A stretch of DNA of 24,000 nucleotides, from positions 115,416-139,415 of the forward strand of contig NZ_OZ060380.1 of assembly GCF_964059035.1 (NCBI RefSeq), written 5' to 3'. Origin of the DNA: Buchnera aphidicola (Periphyllus testudinaceus). Its GTDB lineage: Bacteria > Pseudomonadota > Gammaproteobacteria > Enterobacterales > Enterobacteriaceae. This document shows positions 7,354 to 19,596 of the stretch, in pieces (position 1 is the first letter of the stretch; each line of letters opens with the position of its first letter). The notes beneath the pieces were generated by a model. It worked only from the letters and a program-made list of their open reading frames with translations, ran no database searches and was not told the origin of the DNA. Made by a program: the position numbers and the translations under genes.

Positions 7354-9153
7354 ATGATAAATTCCAATAAAAATAATTTTTCTTTAAAGAATAATATAGA
7401 TAAAAAAAATTATAGCTTATCGATTCTTAAAAAGTTATATAATTTTTTTGGTTCAAAGACATTTTTTATTCAATCTACTTCAATTAATTGTCCTATTGTA
7501 TGGATAGAACGTGAAAATTTATTAAAGGTAATTATTTTTTTATTTAAAAAAAATAAATTTTATGACATGTTATTTGATTTACATGCAATAGATGAAAGAG
7601 TAAGAATTCATAAAGAAAGTTTTCCTAAATGTGATTTCTCTGTTTTTTATCATTTTTTATCAGTATCTAATAATTCAGATATTATATTAAAAGTTCCTTT
7701 ATTTGAAAAGAATTTAGAAATTAGTACTATTACGAATATTTGTTTAAATTCAAATTGGTATGAAAGAGAAGTATGGGATATGTTTGGAATTTCTTTTTTA
7801 GGGCATCCAAATTTAACTCGAATTATTATGCCTAAAAAATGGATAGGCCATCCTTTAAGAAAAGATTATCCTGCTCGAGCAACTGAATTTTCTCCTTATA
7901 GTTTAACTAAAGAAATAGAAAAATTGGAAATGAGTGCTTTAAAATTTCATCCTAAAGAATGGGGAATGAAAAAAAAAGATAAAAATGAAGATTATATGTT
8001 TTTAAATTTAGGTCCTAATCATCCATCTGCTCATGGTGCATTTCGAATTATATTACAACTAAAAGGAGAAAAAATTATTAATTGTGTTCCTGATATTGGA
8101 TATCATCATCGAGGAGCAGAAAAAATGAGTGAAAGGCAGTCTTGGCATAGTTATATTCCTTATACAGATAGAATAGAATATTTAGGTGGTTGTATTAATG
8201 AAATGCCTTATGTATTATCTATTGAAAAATTAGCTGGAATAAAAGTTTCTACAAGAGTTGAATTTATTCGAATTATGTTATCTGAATTATTTCGTATTAA
8301 TAGTCATTTGTTATATGTTTCTACTTTTATTCAAGATGTGGGTGCAATGAGTACTGTTTTTTTAGCTTTTACAGATCGTCAAAAAATTTATGATGTTATA
8401 GAATTGATTACAGGATTTAGAATGCATCCAGCATGGTTTCGAATTGGAGGGGTAGCTAGAGATTTACCTAAGGGATGGAATGATTCTTTAAAAAAGTTAT
8501 TAAAATGGATACCAAAAAGATTAAATTTATATATTAATGTAGCTTTAAAAAATAGTATTTTAATTTCTCGTTCTAAAGGAGTAGCAGAATATTCTTCAAA
8601 AGAAGCATTAGATTGGGGAGTTACTGGAGCAGGATTAAGAGCTACTGGTGTAAATTTTGATGTAAGAAAATTAAGACCTTATTCAGGATATCAAAATTTT
8701 GATTTTGAGGTTCCTTTAGGAAATGGGGTTAGTGATTGTTATAGTAGAGTTATGTTAAAAGTTGAAGAAATATATCAAAGTTTAAAAATTTTAGAGCAAT
8801 GTTTAAAAAATATGCCTGAAGGAGAATATAAATCTAATCATCCTTTAACTACTCCTCCTAATAAAAAACATACTCTTCAAAATATAGAAACTTTAATTAC
8901 TCATTTTTTGCAAGTTTCTTGGGGAACTGTAATTCCTTGTGGAGAAAGTTTTCAAATGATTGAAGCAACAAAAGGGATAAATAGTTATTATATAATTAGT
9001 GATGGCGGCACAATGAGTTATAGAACTAGAATACGAACACCTAGTTTTCCTCATTTACAACAAATTCCTTCAGTTATTAAAAATCATGTAATATCAGATT
9101 TAATTACATATTTGGGAAGTATTGATTTTGTGATGTCTGATGTAGATAGGTAA
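7354..9153 (+). CDS. nuoC: NADH-quinone oxidoreductase subunit C/D (fused NuoC-NuoD)
   Basis: 599 aa. The NuoC part has [13 protein letters not shown]...HPLRKDYP. The NuoD part has [16 protein letters not shown]...[11 protein letters not shown]...[12 protein letters not shown] at the C-terminus. The single fused ORF matches the E. coli-type enterobacterial arrangement. Confidence 0.97.
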   Translation: MINSNKNNFSLKNNIDKKNYSLSILKKLYNFFGSKTFFIQSTSINCPIVWIERENLLKVIIFLFKKNKFYDMLFDLHAIDERVRIHKESFPKCDFSVFYHFLSVSNNSDIILKVPLFEKNLEISTITNICLNSNWYEREVWDMFGISFLGHPNLTRIIMPKKWIGHPLRKDYPARATEFSPYSLTKEIEKLEMSALKFHPKEWGMKKKDKNEDYMFLNLGPNHPSAHGAFRIILQLKGEKIINCVPDIGYHHRGAEKMSERQSWHSYIPYTDRIEYLGGCINEMPYVLSIEKLAGIKVSTRVEFIRIMLSELFRINSHLLYVSTFIQDVGAMSTVFLAFTDRQKIYDVIELITGFRMHPAWFRIGGVARDLPKGWNDSLKKLLKWIPKRLNLYINVALKNSILISRSKGVAEYSSKEALDWGVTGAGLRATGVNFDVRKLRPYSGYQNFDFEVPLGNGVSDCYSRVMLKVEEIYQSLKILEQCLKNMPEGEYKSNHPLTTPPNKKHTLQNIETLITHFLQVSWGTVIPCGESFQMIEATKGINSYYIISDGGTMSYRTRIRTPSFPHLQQIPSVIKNHVISDLITYLGSIDFVMSDVDR

Positions 9154-9159
9154 AATACA

Positions 9160-9654
9160 ATGATGAAAAATAATAGTAAAGATAAAATTTATATTAATTC
9201 TTTAATTAAAAACGAAATTAATAAAATACAAAATAATTTTAAAAATAATCAATCAATTTTGATTGAATCTTTAAAAATTGTACAAAAGTATTATGGATGG
9301 GTATCTGATAGTTCTATTGAGTTTCTTTCTAAAATATTAAATTTATCTACAAGTAATATAGATAGTGTTGCTACTTTTTATAGTCAAATTTTCAGAAAAC
9401 CTGTAGGTCGTTATGTTATAAAAATTTGTGATAGTATGGTTTGTTATATTACAGGATATAAAAAAATTAAAAAAGTAATTCAAAAACATTTAAAAATTAA
9501 ATTTGGAGAAACGACTATAGATAAAAATTTTACTTTTCTTCCAATTTGTTGTTTAGGTGCTTGTTATAAAAGCCCGGTAGTTATGATAAATAATAAAACA
9601 TATTTCTGTGTAAAAAAGAAATTTATTTTAAAATTATTGGATTCTATAAAATGA
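9160..9654 (+). CDS. nuoE: NADH-quinone oxidoreductase subunit E
   Basis: 164 aa. [15 protein letters not shown], then the [2Fe-2S] ligand pairs CDSMVC and [10 protein letters not shown]. The start could be either ATG of the ATGATG at 9160/9163. Confidence 0.94.
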   Translation: MMKNNSKDKIYINSLIKNEINKIQNNFKNNQSILIESLKIVQKYYGWVSDSSIEFLSKILNLSTSNIDSVATFYSQIFRKPVGRYVIKICDSMVCYITGYKKIKKVIQKHLKIKFGETTIDKNFTFLPICCLGACYKSPVVMINNKTYFCVKKKFILKLLDSIK

Positions 9655-10964
9655 AATTTAAAAATTTATCAGAAGAAACACATCCTTTGACTTGGAGATT
9701 TAGAAAAGATCAAAAAACAGTATGGATTAAAGAATATATTAAAAAAAATGGCTATTTTTCTTTAAGAAAATCTCTTATTGAAATGAATTCTAAAAAAATT
9801 ATTAATAAAGTTTTAAAATCTGGATTAAAAGGTAGAGGTGGAGCAGGTTTTCAAACAGGATTAAAATGGAATTTAATGCCAAAAGATGAGCATTTAAAAA
9901 AAAAATATTTAATATGTAATGCTGATGAAATGGAACCTGGAACATATAAAGATAGATGGATAATTGAAAATTGCCCGCATTTATTAATTGAAGGGATTAT
10001 AATTAGTGCTTTTGCTTTAAATGTTTCTTGTGGGTATATATTTCTTAGAGGAGAATATATTGTACCGGAAAAAATATTAATTAGAGCTATAAATGAAGCA
10101 TATGAAAATAATTTTTTAGGTAAGAATATTTTAAATACTAATTTTTCTTTTGATTTACATTTGCATACTGGAGCAGGGAGATATATTTGTGGAGAAGAAA
10201 CAGCTTTAATAAATTCTTTGGAAGGAAAAAGAGCTAATCCAAGGTTAAAACCTCCTTTTCCTTCAAATTTAGGTTTATGGGGTTATCCAACATGTGTAAA
10301 TAATGTAGAAACTTTATCAAATATTCCTGCTATTATTTCTAATTCTACAAATTGGTATAAAAAATTATCTAAAAATGAAGATTCTGGAACAAAATTAATG
10401 GGTTTTTCTGGTTCTGTAAAAAATCCAGGAATATGGGAGCTTCCTTTTGGAACAACAGCTAGGGAAATATTAGAAGATTATGCTCATGGAGTGAAAGATA
10501 ATTTAAAATTAAAAGCATGGTTACCTGGTGGCGCAGGAACTAATTTTTTAATTGAAAAACATATTGATGTAAAAATGGGTTTTTTAAGTATACAAAATAT
10601 AGGTAGTCGATTAGGTACTGGATTAGCAGTAGCTATAGATAATAAAATAAATATTGTATCTTTTGTATTAAACTTAGAAAAATTTTTTTCTAGAGAATCA
10701 TGTGGATTATGTACTCCTTGTAGAAATGGTCTTCCATGGATAGTAAATATTTTAAAATCTATAAAGAAGAAAAAAGGGAATATAGGAGATTTAAAATTAT
10801 TAAAAAATTTATGTGAACAAATGGGTCCTGGAAAAACATTTTGTGCTCATGCTCCTGGAGCGGTTTCTCCTTTAAAAAGTGCTCTGAAATATTTTTATTC
10901 AGAATTTGAGTATGGAATTGTAAAAAATAAAAATAATTTTATAAAAGAAATTTCTGGAATATAA
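9651..10964 (+). CDS. nuoF: NADH-quinone oxidoreductase subunit F
   Basis: 437 aa. FMN/NADH-site motifs [20 protein letters not shown] and [20 protein letters not shown]3 cluster ligands [10 protein letters not shown] ... FCAHAPGA. An ATGA start/stop overlap with nuoE is at 9651-9654. Confidence 0.97.
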   Translation: MKFKNLSEETHPLTWRFRKDQKTVWIKEYIKKNGYFSLRKSLIEMNSKKIINKVLKSGLKGRGGAGFQTGLKWNLMPKDEHLKKKYLICNADEMEPGTYKDRWIIENCPHLLIEGIIISAFALNVSCGYIFLRGEYIVPEKILIRAINEAYENNFLGKNILNTNFSFDLHLHTGAGRYICGEETALINSLEGKRANPRLKPPFPSNLGLWGYPTCVNNVETLSNIPAIISNSTNWYKKLSKNEDSGTKLMGFSGSVKNPGIWELPFGTTAREILEDYAHGVKDNLKLKAWLPGGAGTNFLIEKHIDVKMGFLSIQNIGSRLGTGLAVAIDNKINIVSFVLNLEKFFSRESCGLCTPCRNGLPWIVNILKSIKKKKGNIGDLKLLKNLCEQMGPGKTFCAHAPGAVSPLKSALKYFYSEFEYGIVKNKNNFIKEISGI

Positions 10965-11084
10965 TTTTTTTTAAAAATTTATAAAAATTTTTATAAATTT
11001 AATTTCTATAAACAAATATTTTTTTGTTTTTTTTTTTATTTTTTTACAAATTAAATTTTTTTAAAAAATTTGGAAGAATTTATT

Positions 11085-13805
11085 ATGACTAAAATTTATA
11101 TAGATGGAGAAAAGTATTGTTCTAGTTTATCAAAAAATTTACTTGAAGTATGTTTAAATTTAGGATTTAATGTTCCTTATTTTTGTTGGCATCCAAAATT
11201 AGGAAGTGTAGGAGTATGTAGACAGTGCGCAATAAAAAAATATCAAGATAAAAATGATTCTATTGGAAGAATTGTAATGTCATGTATGACTCCAGTTGAA
11301 AAAAACACAATTATTTCAATTAATGATAAAGAATCTATTTCTTATAGAAAAAATATTATTGAATTATTAATGTTAAATCATCCACATGATTGTCCTGTAT
11401 GTGAAGAAGGAGGAAATTGTCATTTACAAGATATGACTGTCATGAATCAGCATTATTCTCGTCGTTATAGATTTAATAAAAAAGTTTATAAAAGTCAGTA
11501 TTTAGGTTTTTTTATTTCACATGAAATGAATAGATGCATTACATGTTATAGATGTGTAAGATATTATAAAGATTATGCAGATGGAAAAGATTTTAATGTA
11601 TATGGAGCAAATAGTAATATTTATTTTGGTAGATTTAAAAGTGGAGAATTAGAAAGCGAATATTCTGGAAATTTAATAGAAGTTTGTCCTACAGGAGTTT
11701 TTACAGATAAAACTTATTCAGAACATTATTCTAGAAAATGGGATCTTCAAAATGCTCCTAGTATTTGTTCACATTGCAGTATTGGATGTAATATTATTGT
11801 AGGAGAAAGATATAATAAAATTATAAAAATAGAAAATAGATATCATAAAGATATTAATAATTATTTTTTATGTGATTTAGGGCGTTTTGGATATGGACAT
11901 TCTAATTCTGTGAATAGACCTAAATATTGTTTTATAAAACAAAAAAATAAAAATAAAAAAATTGATTTTAAAAAAAATATTAAAAAAGTAGTAAAAATTC
12001 TTAAAAATTCTGAACAAATATTAGGAATTGGTTCTCCAAGAGCTAGTATTGAAACAAATTTTTCTTTAAAAGAATTAGTTGGACAAGAAAATTTTTCTAC
12101 AGGGCTTATTGATATAGATCATAAATGTATAAAATTAATTTTAAAAATAGTAAAAAGTAATAATATTAAAATTCCTTCTTTAAAAGAAGTAGAGGAATAT
12201 GATTCTATATTAGTTTTAGGGGAAGATATTACACAAACATCTTCTAGATTAGCTTTATCGATTAGACAAGCTCTTAAAAAGAGATCTAAAAAATTTTTAA
12301 AAAATAATAAAATTGATGATTGGCATGCTTCTGCCATAAATAATATTCAAAAAAATAATAAAAAATTTTTGTTTTTAACTAATACAAATAAAACCAAATT
12401 AGAAGATATTTCATCTTATACATATGTATCTAACATTAAAAATCAGGTTTATTTTTCTAATTATATTTTAAAAAATTTAAACAAAGAATTTGATGAATTT
12501 TTTATCTTAGAAGAAAATATAAAAGAGAAAATAACTTATATAACAGATGTACTTTTAAAATCAAAAAAAGTATTAATTGTTTCTGGATCTCATTCTAGAA
12601 ATATATCTTTGATTAAATATGCATATAATATTTCATTAACATTAAAAAATTTAGGTATTAAAACTGGTTTAATTTTGTTAACTCCTTATTCAAATTCTTT
12701 AGGAGTGTCAATAATTAAAGGAAAATCTTTAGATGTTTCTTTAAAAAGAGTTAAGAAAAATAAAAATTCTACATTAATTGTTATAGAAAATGATTTATTT
12801 TGTTTTCTTTCTAATTTTTATTTAAAAAAAAAATTAAAACGATTTAAAAATATTATTGTTATGGATCATCAAAAAACTAAAATTTTTAAAAAAGCTAATA
12901 TTACTTTTCCTGTAGCAAATTTTTTTGAAAGTATAGGAACGGTTATTAATTATGAGTTAAGAGCTCAGAGATTTTTTAAGGTATATAATGCAAATTTTTA
13001 TGATAAAAAAATTTCTATCAGATCTTCTTGGAGAATTTTAAATATCATTAATTTTAAATTAAATAAACATATTAAAATAATAAAAAATTTAGATGATCTT
13101 ATTGATTTTTGTATTAAAAAAATTCCTTTTTTAAAAAATATTAAAAAAGCAGCTCCAAATTCATTATTTAAGATATTTGGACAAAAAATTCCTCGATTAA
13201 CTAATCGGTCTAGTGGAAGAACTTCTTTAAGAGCAGATATTGATGTACATGAAATTAAACAAATGGATGATCATGATTCTATGTTTTCATTTTCAATGGA
13301 AGGAAGTTCAATATATAGAAAATATACATCTTTTTCTCCTTTTATTTGGTCTCCTCAATGGAATTCGTCTCAAGGATTACATAAATTTAAAAAAGAATCT
13401 TCTGGAAGTTTTTTAAATAAAGATAAAAAAAAATTTTTATTATCTGTAAATATTAAAAGTTCTTTAGATTATTTAAAAAAATATAAAAATTCTTTTATTA
13501 ATAATAAATGTCTTATAGTAGCTCCATATTATTTATTATTTGGAAGTGAAGAACTTAGTCAATATTCAGATATTATTAAACAAAAAATTTCTATACCGTA
13601 TGTTTTTATTAATCCGTTAGATGCAAAACGTTTTAATATTTCTAACAAAAAAAAAGTAAGTTTTACTTGTTTAAATGATGTTTATAATTTTATTGTTATA
13701 TATTCGAATTCTTTAGAACTAGGTCAAATATCTTTACCAATAGGTCGACTAAAAATACCTGTTTCTCTTATTGGAAAACCAATACAAGACTTAAAGGAAG
13801 TGTAA
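11085..13805 (+). CDS. nuoG: NADH-quinone oxidoreductase subunit G
   Basis: 906 aa from the ATG at 11085 ([11 protein letters not shown], cf. E. coli MATIHVDGKEY), with a GGAAGA SD at 11072-11077. The track's TTG at 11070 would add 5 residues. Fe-S ligand motifs are retained: CRQCAIK...[33 protein letters not shown]...CPTG, and CSHCSIGC...FLCD. Confidence 0.95.
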   Translation: MTKIYIDGEKYCSSLSKNLLEVCLNLGFNVPYFCWHPKLGSVGVCRQCAIKKYQDKNDSIGRIVMSCMTPVEKNTIISINDKESISYRKNIIELLMLNHPHDCPVCEEGGNCHLQDMTVMNQHYSRRYRFNKKVYKSQYLGFFISHEMNRCITCYRCVRYYKDYADGKDFNVYGANSNIYFGRFKSGELESEYSGNLIEVCPTGVFTDKTYSEHYSRKWDLQNAPSICSHCSIGCNIIVGERYNKIIKIENRYHKDINNYFLCDLGRFGYGHSNSVNRPKYCFIKQKNKNKKIDFKKNIKKVVKILKNSEQILGIGSPRASIETNFSLKELVGQENFSTGLIDIDHKCIKLILKIVKSNNIKIPSLKEVEEYDSILVLGEDITQTSSRLALSIRQALKKRSKKFLKNNKIDDWHASAINNIQKNNKKFLFLTNTNKTKLEDISSYTYVSNIKNQVYFSNYILKNLNKEFDEFFILEENIKEKITYITDVLLKSKKVLIVSGSHSRNISLIKYAYNISLTLKNLGIKTGLILLTPYSNSLGVSIIKGKSLDVSLKRVKKNKNSTLIVIENDLFCFLSNFYLKKKLKRFKNIIVMDHQKTKIFKKANITFPVANFFESIGTVINYELRAQRFFKVYNANFYDKKISIRSSWRILNIINFKLNKHIKIIKNLDDLIDFCIKKIPFLKNIKKAAPNSLFKIFGQKIPRLTNRSSGRTSLRADIDVHEIKQMDDHDSMFSFSMEGSSIYRKYTSFSPFIWSPQWNSSQGLHKFKKESSGSFLNKDKKKFLLSVNIKSSLDYLKKYKNSFINNKCLIVAPYYLLFGSEELSQYSDIIKQKISIPYVFINPLDAKRFNISNKKKVSFTCLNDVYNFIVIYSNSLELGQISLPIGRLKIPVSLIGKPIQDLKEV

Positions 13806-13806
13806 A

Positions 13807-14784
13807 ATGTATTATTTATTTTTAAAAAATAAATTTTTAATTTTGAATGTTTTTATGTCTTTTATTATTTTTTTTTCAATAGTGATTTTTGGAGCAATGT
13901 TAACTGTTATTGAAAGGCGATTGTTGGCTCTTTTTCAAAATAGATATGGACCGAACAGAGTTGGTATATTTGGTTCTCTGCAATTATTTGCGGATATGAT
14001 TAAGATTTTTTTTAAGGAAGATTGGACTCCTAATTTTAGTAATAAAATTATTTTTATTTTATCTCCTATTTTAGCTTTTAGTATAATGCTTTTAGTATCT
14101 ATTATAATTCCATTTTCTGTTTCTGAATGTATTTTAAATTTAAAAATTGGCATATTATTTTTTTTAATGATGGCTAGTTTATCTATTTATTCAATATTAT
14201 TAGCTGGATGGTCAAGTAATAATAAATATTCTTATTTAGGAGCTATAAGAGCTTCTGCGCAAACTTTAAGTTATGAAGTTTTTCTTGGTTTATCAGTTAT
14301 GGGAACTGTAGTGAGAGCTGGTTCTTTTAACTTATTAGATATAGTAAAAAGTCAAGAACATTTATGGAATTTTTTTCCTCAGTTTCTTGGATTTTTATCT
14401 TTTTTTATTTGTTCTTTAGCGATTTGTCATAGACATCCTTTTGATCAACCTGAATCAGAACAAGAGTTGGCTGATGGTTATCATATTGAATATTCTGGAA
14501 TGAAATTTGGAATGTTTTTTATTGGAGAATATATATCTATGATAATTATGTCGTTTTTAATTACAACTTTATTTTTTGGTGGATTTTATGGATTTTTCTT
14601 TGCATCTTTTTTTTGGTTTTTTTTAAAATCTTTATTTTTTCTTTTTCTTTTTATTTTAATACGCGCTTCTTTACCGCGTCCTAGGTATGATCAAGTAATG
14701 ATTTTTGGTTGGATAATATGTTTTCCAATGACATTAATTAATTTACTTTTAGTGAGTTTTTTTACTCTATATTATAAATTATAA
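13807..14784 (+). CDS. nuoH: NADH-quinone oxidoreductase subunit H
   Basis: 325 aa, the same length as E. coli Nuo[67 protein letters not shown] and [11 protein letters not shown] are present. It starts 1 nt after the nuoG stop. Confidence 0.97.
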   Translation: MYYLFLKNKFLILNVFMSFIIFFSIVIFGAMLTVIERRLLALFQNRYGPNRVGIFGSLQLFADMIKIFFKEDWTPNFSNKIIFILSPILAFSIMLLVSIIIPFSVSECILNLKIGILFFLMMASLSIYSILLAGWSSNNKYSYLGAIRASAQTLSYEVFLGLSVMGTVVRAGSFNLLDIVKSQEHLWNFFPQFLGFLSFFICSLAICHRHPFDQPESEQELADGYHIEYSGMKFGMFFIGEYISMIIMSFLITTLFFGGFYGFFFASFFWFFLKSLFFLFLFILIRASLPRPRYDQVMIFGWIICFPMTLINLLLVSFFTLYYKL

Positions 14785-14797
14785 AATGGAGAATATT

Positions 14798-15340
14798 ATG
14801 TTTTTGAAAAAAATTTTTAGAAGCATTATGTCTCAAATAAGTAGTATTTTTTTAATATTTATGAATTCATTTTCTAAAAGAGAAACAAAATTATATCCAG
14901 AAGAATCGGTAAAATTGTCTCCTAGATATAGAGGTAGAATTGTTTTAACTAGAAATAAAAATAAGACAGAGCGTTGTGTTGCTTGTAATTTATGCGCTGT
15001 AGTTTGTCCTGTTAGTTGTATTTCTTTACAAAAAGAAAATTTAAAGAATAATCGTTGGCATGCTAAGTTTTTTAGAATAAATTTTTCTAGATGTATATTT
15101 TGTGGTTTATGTGAAGAATCTTGTCCTACTGCAGCTATTCAATTAATTCCTGATTTTGAATTATCTGAGTATAAAAGACAAGATTTAATATATGAAAAAG
15201 AAGATTTATTAATTTCTGGACCTGGTAAATATCCTGATTATGATTTTTATAAATATTCTGGAGTATCTATAAAAGAACCAAAAAATATTAATAAGAATAA
15301 AAAAACGAACACAGTAGATTTAAAAAGTCTTTTACCTTAG
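14798..15340 (+). CDS. nuoI: NADH-quinone oxidoreductase subunit I
   Basis: 180 aa from the ATG at 14798, matching the E. coli NuoI length, with a GGAGA SD at 14788-14792. An alternative ATG at 14786 gives the track's 184 aa. Two 4Fe-4S ferredoxin motifs are present, [12 protein letters not shown] and [12 protein letters not shown], and the C-terminus is ...DLKSLLP. Confidence 0.93.
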   Translation: MFLKKIFRSIMSQISSIFLIFMNSFSKRETKLYPEESVKLSPRYRGRIVLTRNKNKTERCVACNLCAVVCPVSCISLQKENLKNNRWHAKFFRINFSRCIFCGLCEESCPTAAIQLIPDFELSEYKRQDLIYEKEDLLISGPGKYPDYDFYKYSGVSIKEPKNINKNKKTNTVDLKSLLP

Positions 15341-15349
15341 GAAAAATTT

Positions 15350-15856
15350 ATGAATATTTTTTTTTATATTTTTAGTTTGATTTCAATTATATCTATTATA
15401 TTTTTAATTTTTCAAAAAAATCCTATTTACTCTTTATTATATTTAATAGTTTCATTTTTATCTTTTTCAGGAATATATTTTTCTATTGGGGCGCTATTTA
15501 TAGGATCTTTAGAAACAATTATTTATGCTGGAGCTATAATGGTTCTGTTTATATTTGTAATTATGATATTAAATTTAAAAGTTAAAAATATGAATAAAAA
15601 AAGAAAATTTTTTTCTAAAAAGATATTTGCTTTTTCTGTTTTTTTATCATTATTTTTATTTTTTATAATTTTTAATATATTTTATGAAATAGATGATCAA
15701 AATATAGATATAAATTTTTTTGATATTAAAATGATTGGTGTAATTTTATTTCATAAATATATATGGTTTGTAGAATTTTCTTCTGTATTATTGTTATCAG
15801 CATTAATAATTGTTTTTCATTTATTTAGTAATAAAAAATATATTAAAAATAAATAA
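15350..15856 (+). CDS. nuoJ: NADH-quinone oxidoreductase subunit J
   Basis: 168 aa polytopic membrane protein in the conserved nuoI-nuoK position. The NuoJ-like ...ETIIYAGAIMVLFIFVIM... motif is present and an AGGAAA SD precedes it. Confidence 0.9.
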   Translation: MNIFFYIFSLISIISIIFLIFQKNPIYSLLYLIVSFLSFSGIYFSIGALFIGSLETIIYAGAIMVLFIFVIMILNLKVKNMNKKRKFFSKKIFAFSVFLSLFLFFIIFNIFYEIDDQNIDINFFDIKMIGVILFHKYIWFVEFSSVLLLSALIIVFHLFSNKKYIKNK

Positions 15857-15875
15857 TATTTTATTGGAGAAAATT

Positions 15876-16178
15876 TTGATAACTATTTCGAATGGTTTAA
15901 TTTTATCAACAATTTTGTTTTGTTTAGGGTTTTTGTGTTTAGTGATGAGAAGAAATTTGTTTTATGTTCTTTTAGGATTAGAAATTATGATTAATTCTGT
16001 AGCTTTTTTTTTAGTATTTATAGGAAATTATTGGAATCAAATAGATGGTCAAATAATGTATATTTTTATAATTACTATAGCGGCTGCAGAAGCAGGTATT
16101 GGTTTAGCTTTTTTAATAAATATTTATAAATACAAAAATACTTTAGATATGGACACTTTCAGAGAGAGAAAAAAATGA
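15876..16178 (+). CDS. nuoK: NADH-quinone oxidoreductase subunit K (start revised to TTG)
   Basis: An in-frame TTG at 15876 is preceded by GGAGA (15866-15870). It gives exactly 100 aa, matching E. coli NuoK (100 aa) from the conserved N-terminus (..GLILSTILFCLGF.. vs ..GLILAAILFVLGL..). LGLEIMINS and AAAEAGIGLA are conserved. The track ATG at 15810 would add 22 unaligned residues and overlap nuoJ by 47 nt. Confidence 0.9.
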   Translation: MITISNGLILSTILFCLGFLCLVMRRNLFYVLLGLEIMINSVAFFLVFIGNYWNQIDGQIMYIFIITIAAAEAGIGLAFLINIYKYKNTLDMDTFRERKK

Positions 16179-18007
16179 ATTTATTATTTCCGATAATTTT
16201 TTTTCCTTTAATAAGTTTTTTATTAACTGTTTTATCTAAAAACAAATTTTCAATTTCTTTTTATAACATTATTGGAACTTTACCAACTTTTATTTGTTTT
16301 TTATTAATAAATTATATTTGTATAAATTATTTTAATTCTATTAATTTTCATTCTTTTAAAGTTTTTTGGAATTGGATTATTGTTGATTCTGTTTATATTA
16401 ATTTTAGTTTTTTAATAGATAAATTATCTTTAACAATGTTACAAGTTATTACAGGAGTTGGTTTTTTAATACAAATTTTTTCTTGTTGGTATATGAGTTA
16501 TAAAAAAGATGTAAGTAGATTTTTTTCTTATATAAATTTATTTATTTTTGGAATGATTTTATTAGTTTTATCAGATAATTTTTTATTAATGTATTTAGCA
16601 TGGGAAATAGTAGGTTTTTGTTCGTATGCGTTGATTGGTTTTTATTATAAAAATTTGTCTAATATTAAATCTTCTATGAAAGCATTAGTTATTACTAGAA
16701 TAGGTGATTTTTTTATTTTATTAGCTATTTTTTTGTTATTTTTTAAATTTAAAACGTTAAATTTTTATGAATTAAATAATATTTTTCATTCAATAAAATT
16801 AATTGATAATAATTTTTTTAATTTAATTAGTTTTTTAATTTTAGTTGGATCTATTGCAAAATCTGCTCAATTTCCTTTGCAAACTTGGTTAACTAAAGCT
16901 ATGGTTGGACCAACTCCAGTATCTGCTTTAATACATTCGGCAACAATGATTACTGCTGGGGTATATTTAATTTTAAGGTTGCATAATTTATTTTTATTGT
17001 CGAATAAAATTTTGTTTTTGGTATCTTTTTTAGGTGCGTGCACTATTTTAATATCTAGTTTTTCTGCTATATTTGAAAAAGATTTGAAAAGAATTTTAGC
17101 GTATTCTACAATGAGTCAAGTTGGTTATATGTTTTTAGGTCTAGGAATGAAATTGTGGATTCCTGTTTTAGCACATTTAGTTTCGCATTCTTTTTTTAAA
17201 GCTTTATTATTTCTTTCTTCTGGTTCGTTAATTTTTTCTTGTTCTAAAGAACAAAATATTCTTAAAATGGGTGGATTAAAGAATTTTTTACCTTTTTTAC
17301 ATATTTGTTTTATTTTTGGATTATTTTCATTAATTGGATTTCCGATTATTACATCTAGTTTTTATACAAAAGGTTCTATTATTTGGGAATCTTTTAATCA
17401 GAAATATTATTTTTTCTTTTTAGTTGGTTTAATTGGATCATTTTTAACTTCTATATATTCTTCACGTATGTTTTTTTTAATTTTTTATAGAAATTCTATT
17501 ATAAAAATTAAATTGGTAAAAAGTTTTTTACATTATTTTTCTTTATTAATATTTTGTTCTTTATCAACGGTTTTATCATTAATTTTATTTTTTCCATTTT
17601 TAAATATATCAATTTTACAAGATATTTTAAATTTAAAAAAAATGATTTTTGAATTTTTTGTTTCATTGGTATCTTTTTTTGGAATTTTTATTTCATATTA
17701 TTTTTTTATTATTAAATATAATACAATTTTTAAATCAATAAATAAAAAAAAATATTTTTTTTATTTTAGATTTTTAGATAAAAATTTTGGATTAGATTAT
17801 TTATATAAATATATTTTTATTAAACCGTTTTATTTGTTAAAAAAAATATTTTTTATAGATTATATTAAAAAAATAATTAATTTAATTAAATTTATTTTAA
17901 AATTATTAAATTATTGTTTAACAATTTTTGAAAATGGACATTTAAATTTATATATTTTATCTATTTTTACTGGAACTATATTAATTTTTTTTAATTTTTT
18001 TATATAG
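16175..18007 (+). CDS. nuoL: NADH-quinone oxidoreductase subunit L
   Basis: 610 aa antiporter-like subunit. LLMYLAWEIVGFCSYALIGFYY, KSAQFPLQTWLTKAMVGPTPVSALIHSATMITAGVYL and AYSTMSQVGYMF are present, and the C-terminal GLDYLYKYIFIKPF region is retained. An ATGA overlap with the nuoK stop is at 16175-16178. Confidence 0.96.
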   Translation: MNLLFPIIFFPLISFLLTVLSKNKFSISFYNIIGTLPTFICFLLINYICINYFNSINFHSFKVFWNWIIVDSVYINFSFLIDKLSLTMLQVITGVGFLIQIFSCWYMSYKKDVSRFFSYINLFIFGMILLVLSDNFLLMYLAWEIVGFCSYALIGFYYKNLSNIKSSMKALVITRIGDFFILLAIFLLFFKFKTLNFYELNNIFHSIKLIDNNFFNLISFLILVGSIAKSAQFPLQTWLTKAMVGPTPVSALIHSATMITAGVYLILRLHNLFLLSNKILFLVSFLGACTILISSFSAIFEKDLKRILAYSTMSQVGYMFLGLGMKLWIPVLAHLVSHSFFKALLFLSSGSLIFSCSKEQNILKMGGLKNFLPFLHICFIFGLFSLIGFPIITSSFYTKGSIIWESFNQKYYFFFLVGLIGSFLTSIYSSRMFFLIFYRNSIIKIKLVKSFLHYFSLLIFCSLSTVLSLILFFPFLNISILQDILNLKKMIFEFFVSLVSFFGIFISYYFFIIKYNTIFKSINKKKYFFYFRFLDKNFGLDYLYKYIFIKPFYLLKKIFFIDYIKKIINLIKFILKLLNYCLTIFENGHLNLYILSIFTGTILIFFNFFI

Positions 18008-18077
18008 TTTTTAATATTTATAATATTTAGATAAGAAATTTTTTTTATTTCTTTCTTAAAAATAGGACTATTGAATT

Positions 18078-19583
18078 ATGTGTCTTTATTTATTAATTTT
18101 ATTACCTTGTTTAGGAGGTATTTTTTCTTGGATTTCAGAAAAAATAAATAAAAAAATACCTTTTTGGATTTCTTTATTTTTTATATTTTTAATGTTCATA
18201 GTAGTATTAGATATATTTTTTAAAAATTATTTATTTACAGATTATTCAATTAATTTATGGGATTTAGAATATTGCATACCATGGATAAAAAATTTGGGAG
18301 TAAGTTTTCATTTAGGAATTGATAGAATTTCATTTTTAATGATTATGCTAACAATTTTTTTATCTTTTATTTCTATTTTATTGACATGGAACGAAAATAT
18401 TAAAAAAATTGGATTTTTTTATTTTTGTATTATGTTGATAATTTCTAGTATAATGGGAATTTTTTTGTCTTTAGATCTTTTTTTATTTTTTATTTTTTGG
18501 GAAATTATAATTATTCCAACGTATTTTTTATCTATTTTTTATGGTAGAAAAAAAATTTTTTCTTTAAAACAATTAAATTCTTCAAATGAGTATTTAATAT
18601 ATTCACAGATATCTGGAATAATATTATTATGTTCGATTCTTGGTTTAGTTACAAATTATTATTTTCAGTATCATATTTGGACTTTTGATTATAATCTTTT
18701 AAAAAATCTTATTTTAGATAGAAAAACAGAATTTTTTTTAATGTTTGGTTTTTTTATTTCTTTTATTATTAAAGTACCTTTAATTCCTTTTCATAGTTGG
18801 TTTCCAAATTTTCATAGAAATACTTCAGTAACTGGATCGTTTGATTTAATTGGTATTATAATAAAAGTTGCTATATATAGTATTTTACGTTTTAATATTT
18901 TTTTATTTCCAAAATCATCTTTATATTTTTCTAATTATTTTTGTCTCTTTTTTTTATTAAGTATATTTTATAGTATATTTTTAGCATTTTCTCAAAATAG
19001 TATTAAAAAAATTATAGCATATACGTCTATTTCTCATATGAGTTTTATTTTAATTTCAATTTATTCTGGAAGTTTTATTTCTTATCAAGGAATTATTTTG
19101 CAAATAGTTTCTTATAGTATTTCAACTTCTGCTTTAATTATTTTAACAAAAATATTATATAAAAATTTTAAAACTGATAATTTTAAAAAAATGTCAGGTT
19201 TGTGGAAAATAATGAATTTTGTTCCTGGATTTTTTTTATTTTTTGTTATGTCTAATTTAGGAATTCCTGGAACAGGGAATTTTGTTGGTGAATTTTTGAT
19301 GTTATTAGGAAGTTTTAAATTTTTTCCTATAATTATTAGTTTTTCTATGATTGGATTAATTTTTTTATTAATTTGTTTTTTAAATATATTTCATAAGATA
19401 TTTTATGGGCCGTGTAATGTATCTTTTATTTCATGTCAAATTTCTAAATTAGAGTTTTTTATTTTATTAATATTATCTTTTTTTATTATTTTTATTGGAT
19501 TATATCCTAATATAATATTACAATTTGTTAATTCTTCTATGCTTCATATTAGTGAAAGAATGCCTCATATTATTTTAAATTAA
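18078..19583 (+). CDS. nuoM: NADH-quinone oxidoreductase subunit M
   Basis: 501 aa. LFLFFIFWEIIIIPTYFL, the PLIPFHSWFPNFH region, IKKIIAYTSISHMSF and GIPGTGNFVGEF are colinear with E. coli NuoM. Confidence 0.95.
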   Translation: MCLYLLILLPCLGGIFSWISEKINKKIPFWISLFFIFLMFIVVLDIFFKNYLFTDYSINLWDLEYCIPWIKNLGVSFHLGIDRISFLMIMLTIFLSFISILLTWNENIKKIGFFYFCIMLIISSIMGIFLSLDLFLFFIFWEIIIIPTYFLSIFYGRKKIFSLKQLNSSNEYLIYSQISGIILLCSILGLVTNYYFQYHIWTFDYNLLKNLILDRKTEFFLMFGFFISFIIKVPLIPFHSWFPNFHRNTSVTGSFDLIGIIIKVAIYSILRFNIFLFPKSSLYFSNYFCLFFLLSIFYSIFLAFSQNSIKKIIAYTSISHMSFILISIYSGSFISYQGIILQIVSYSISTSALIILTKILYKNFKTDNFKKMSGLWKIMNFVPGFFLFFVMSNLGIPGTGNFVGEFLMLLGSFKFFPIIISFSMIGLIFLLICFLNIFHKIFYGPCNVSFISCQISKLEFFILLILSFFIIFIGLYPNIILQFVNSSMLHISERMPHIILN

Positions 19584-19596
19584 GGTGAAATATATA

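Noticed and set aside
10975-11000. Perfect 26-bp A/T-only palindrome (AAATTTATAAAAA|TTTTTATAAATTT) in the 120-bp nuoF-nuoG spacer
   Set aside because: It has no G/C pairs and no loop. In a two-letter alphabet a 13-bp arm match is expected by chance at roughly the 0.1-0.5 level over the intergenic DNA in this window, and the predicted stability is very low. I cannot distinguish it from compositional noise without comparative data.
11070-11084. TTG start for nuoG proposed by the track (MEEFIMTKI...)
   Set aside because: The TTG overlaps what looks like the SD (GGAAGA, 11072-11077) for the ATG at 11085. The E. coli NuoG alignment begins at the MTKIYIDG position, so the ATG at 11085 is preferred.
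12119-12337. 72-aa ORF on the - strand (track entry)
   Set aside because: It lies antisense inside nuoG, and there is no evidence beyond being open.
13935-14153. 72-aa ORF on the - strand (track entry)
   Set aside because: It lies antisense inside nuoH, and there is no evidence beyond being open.
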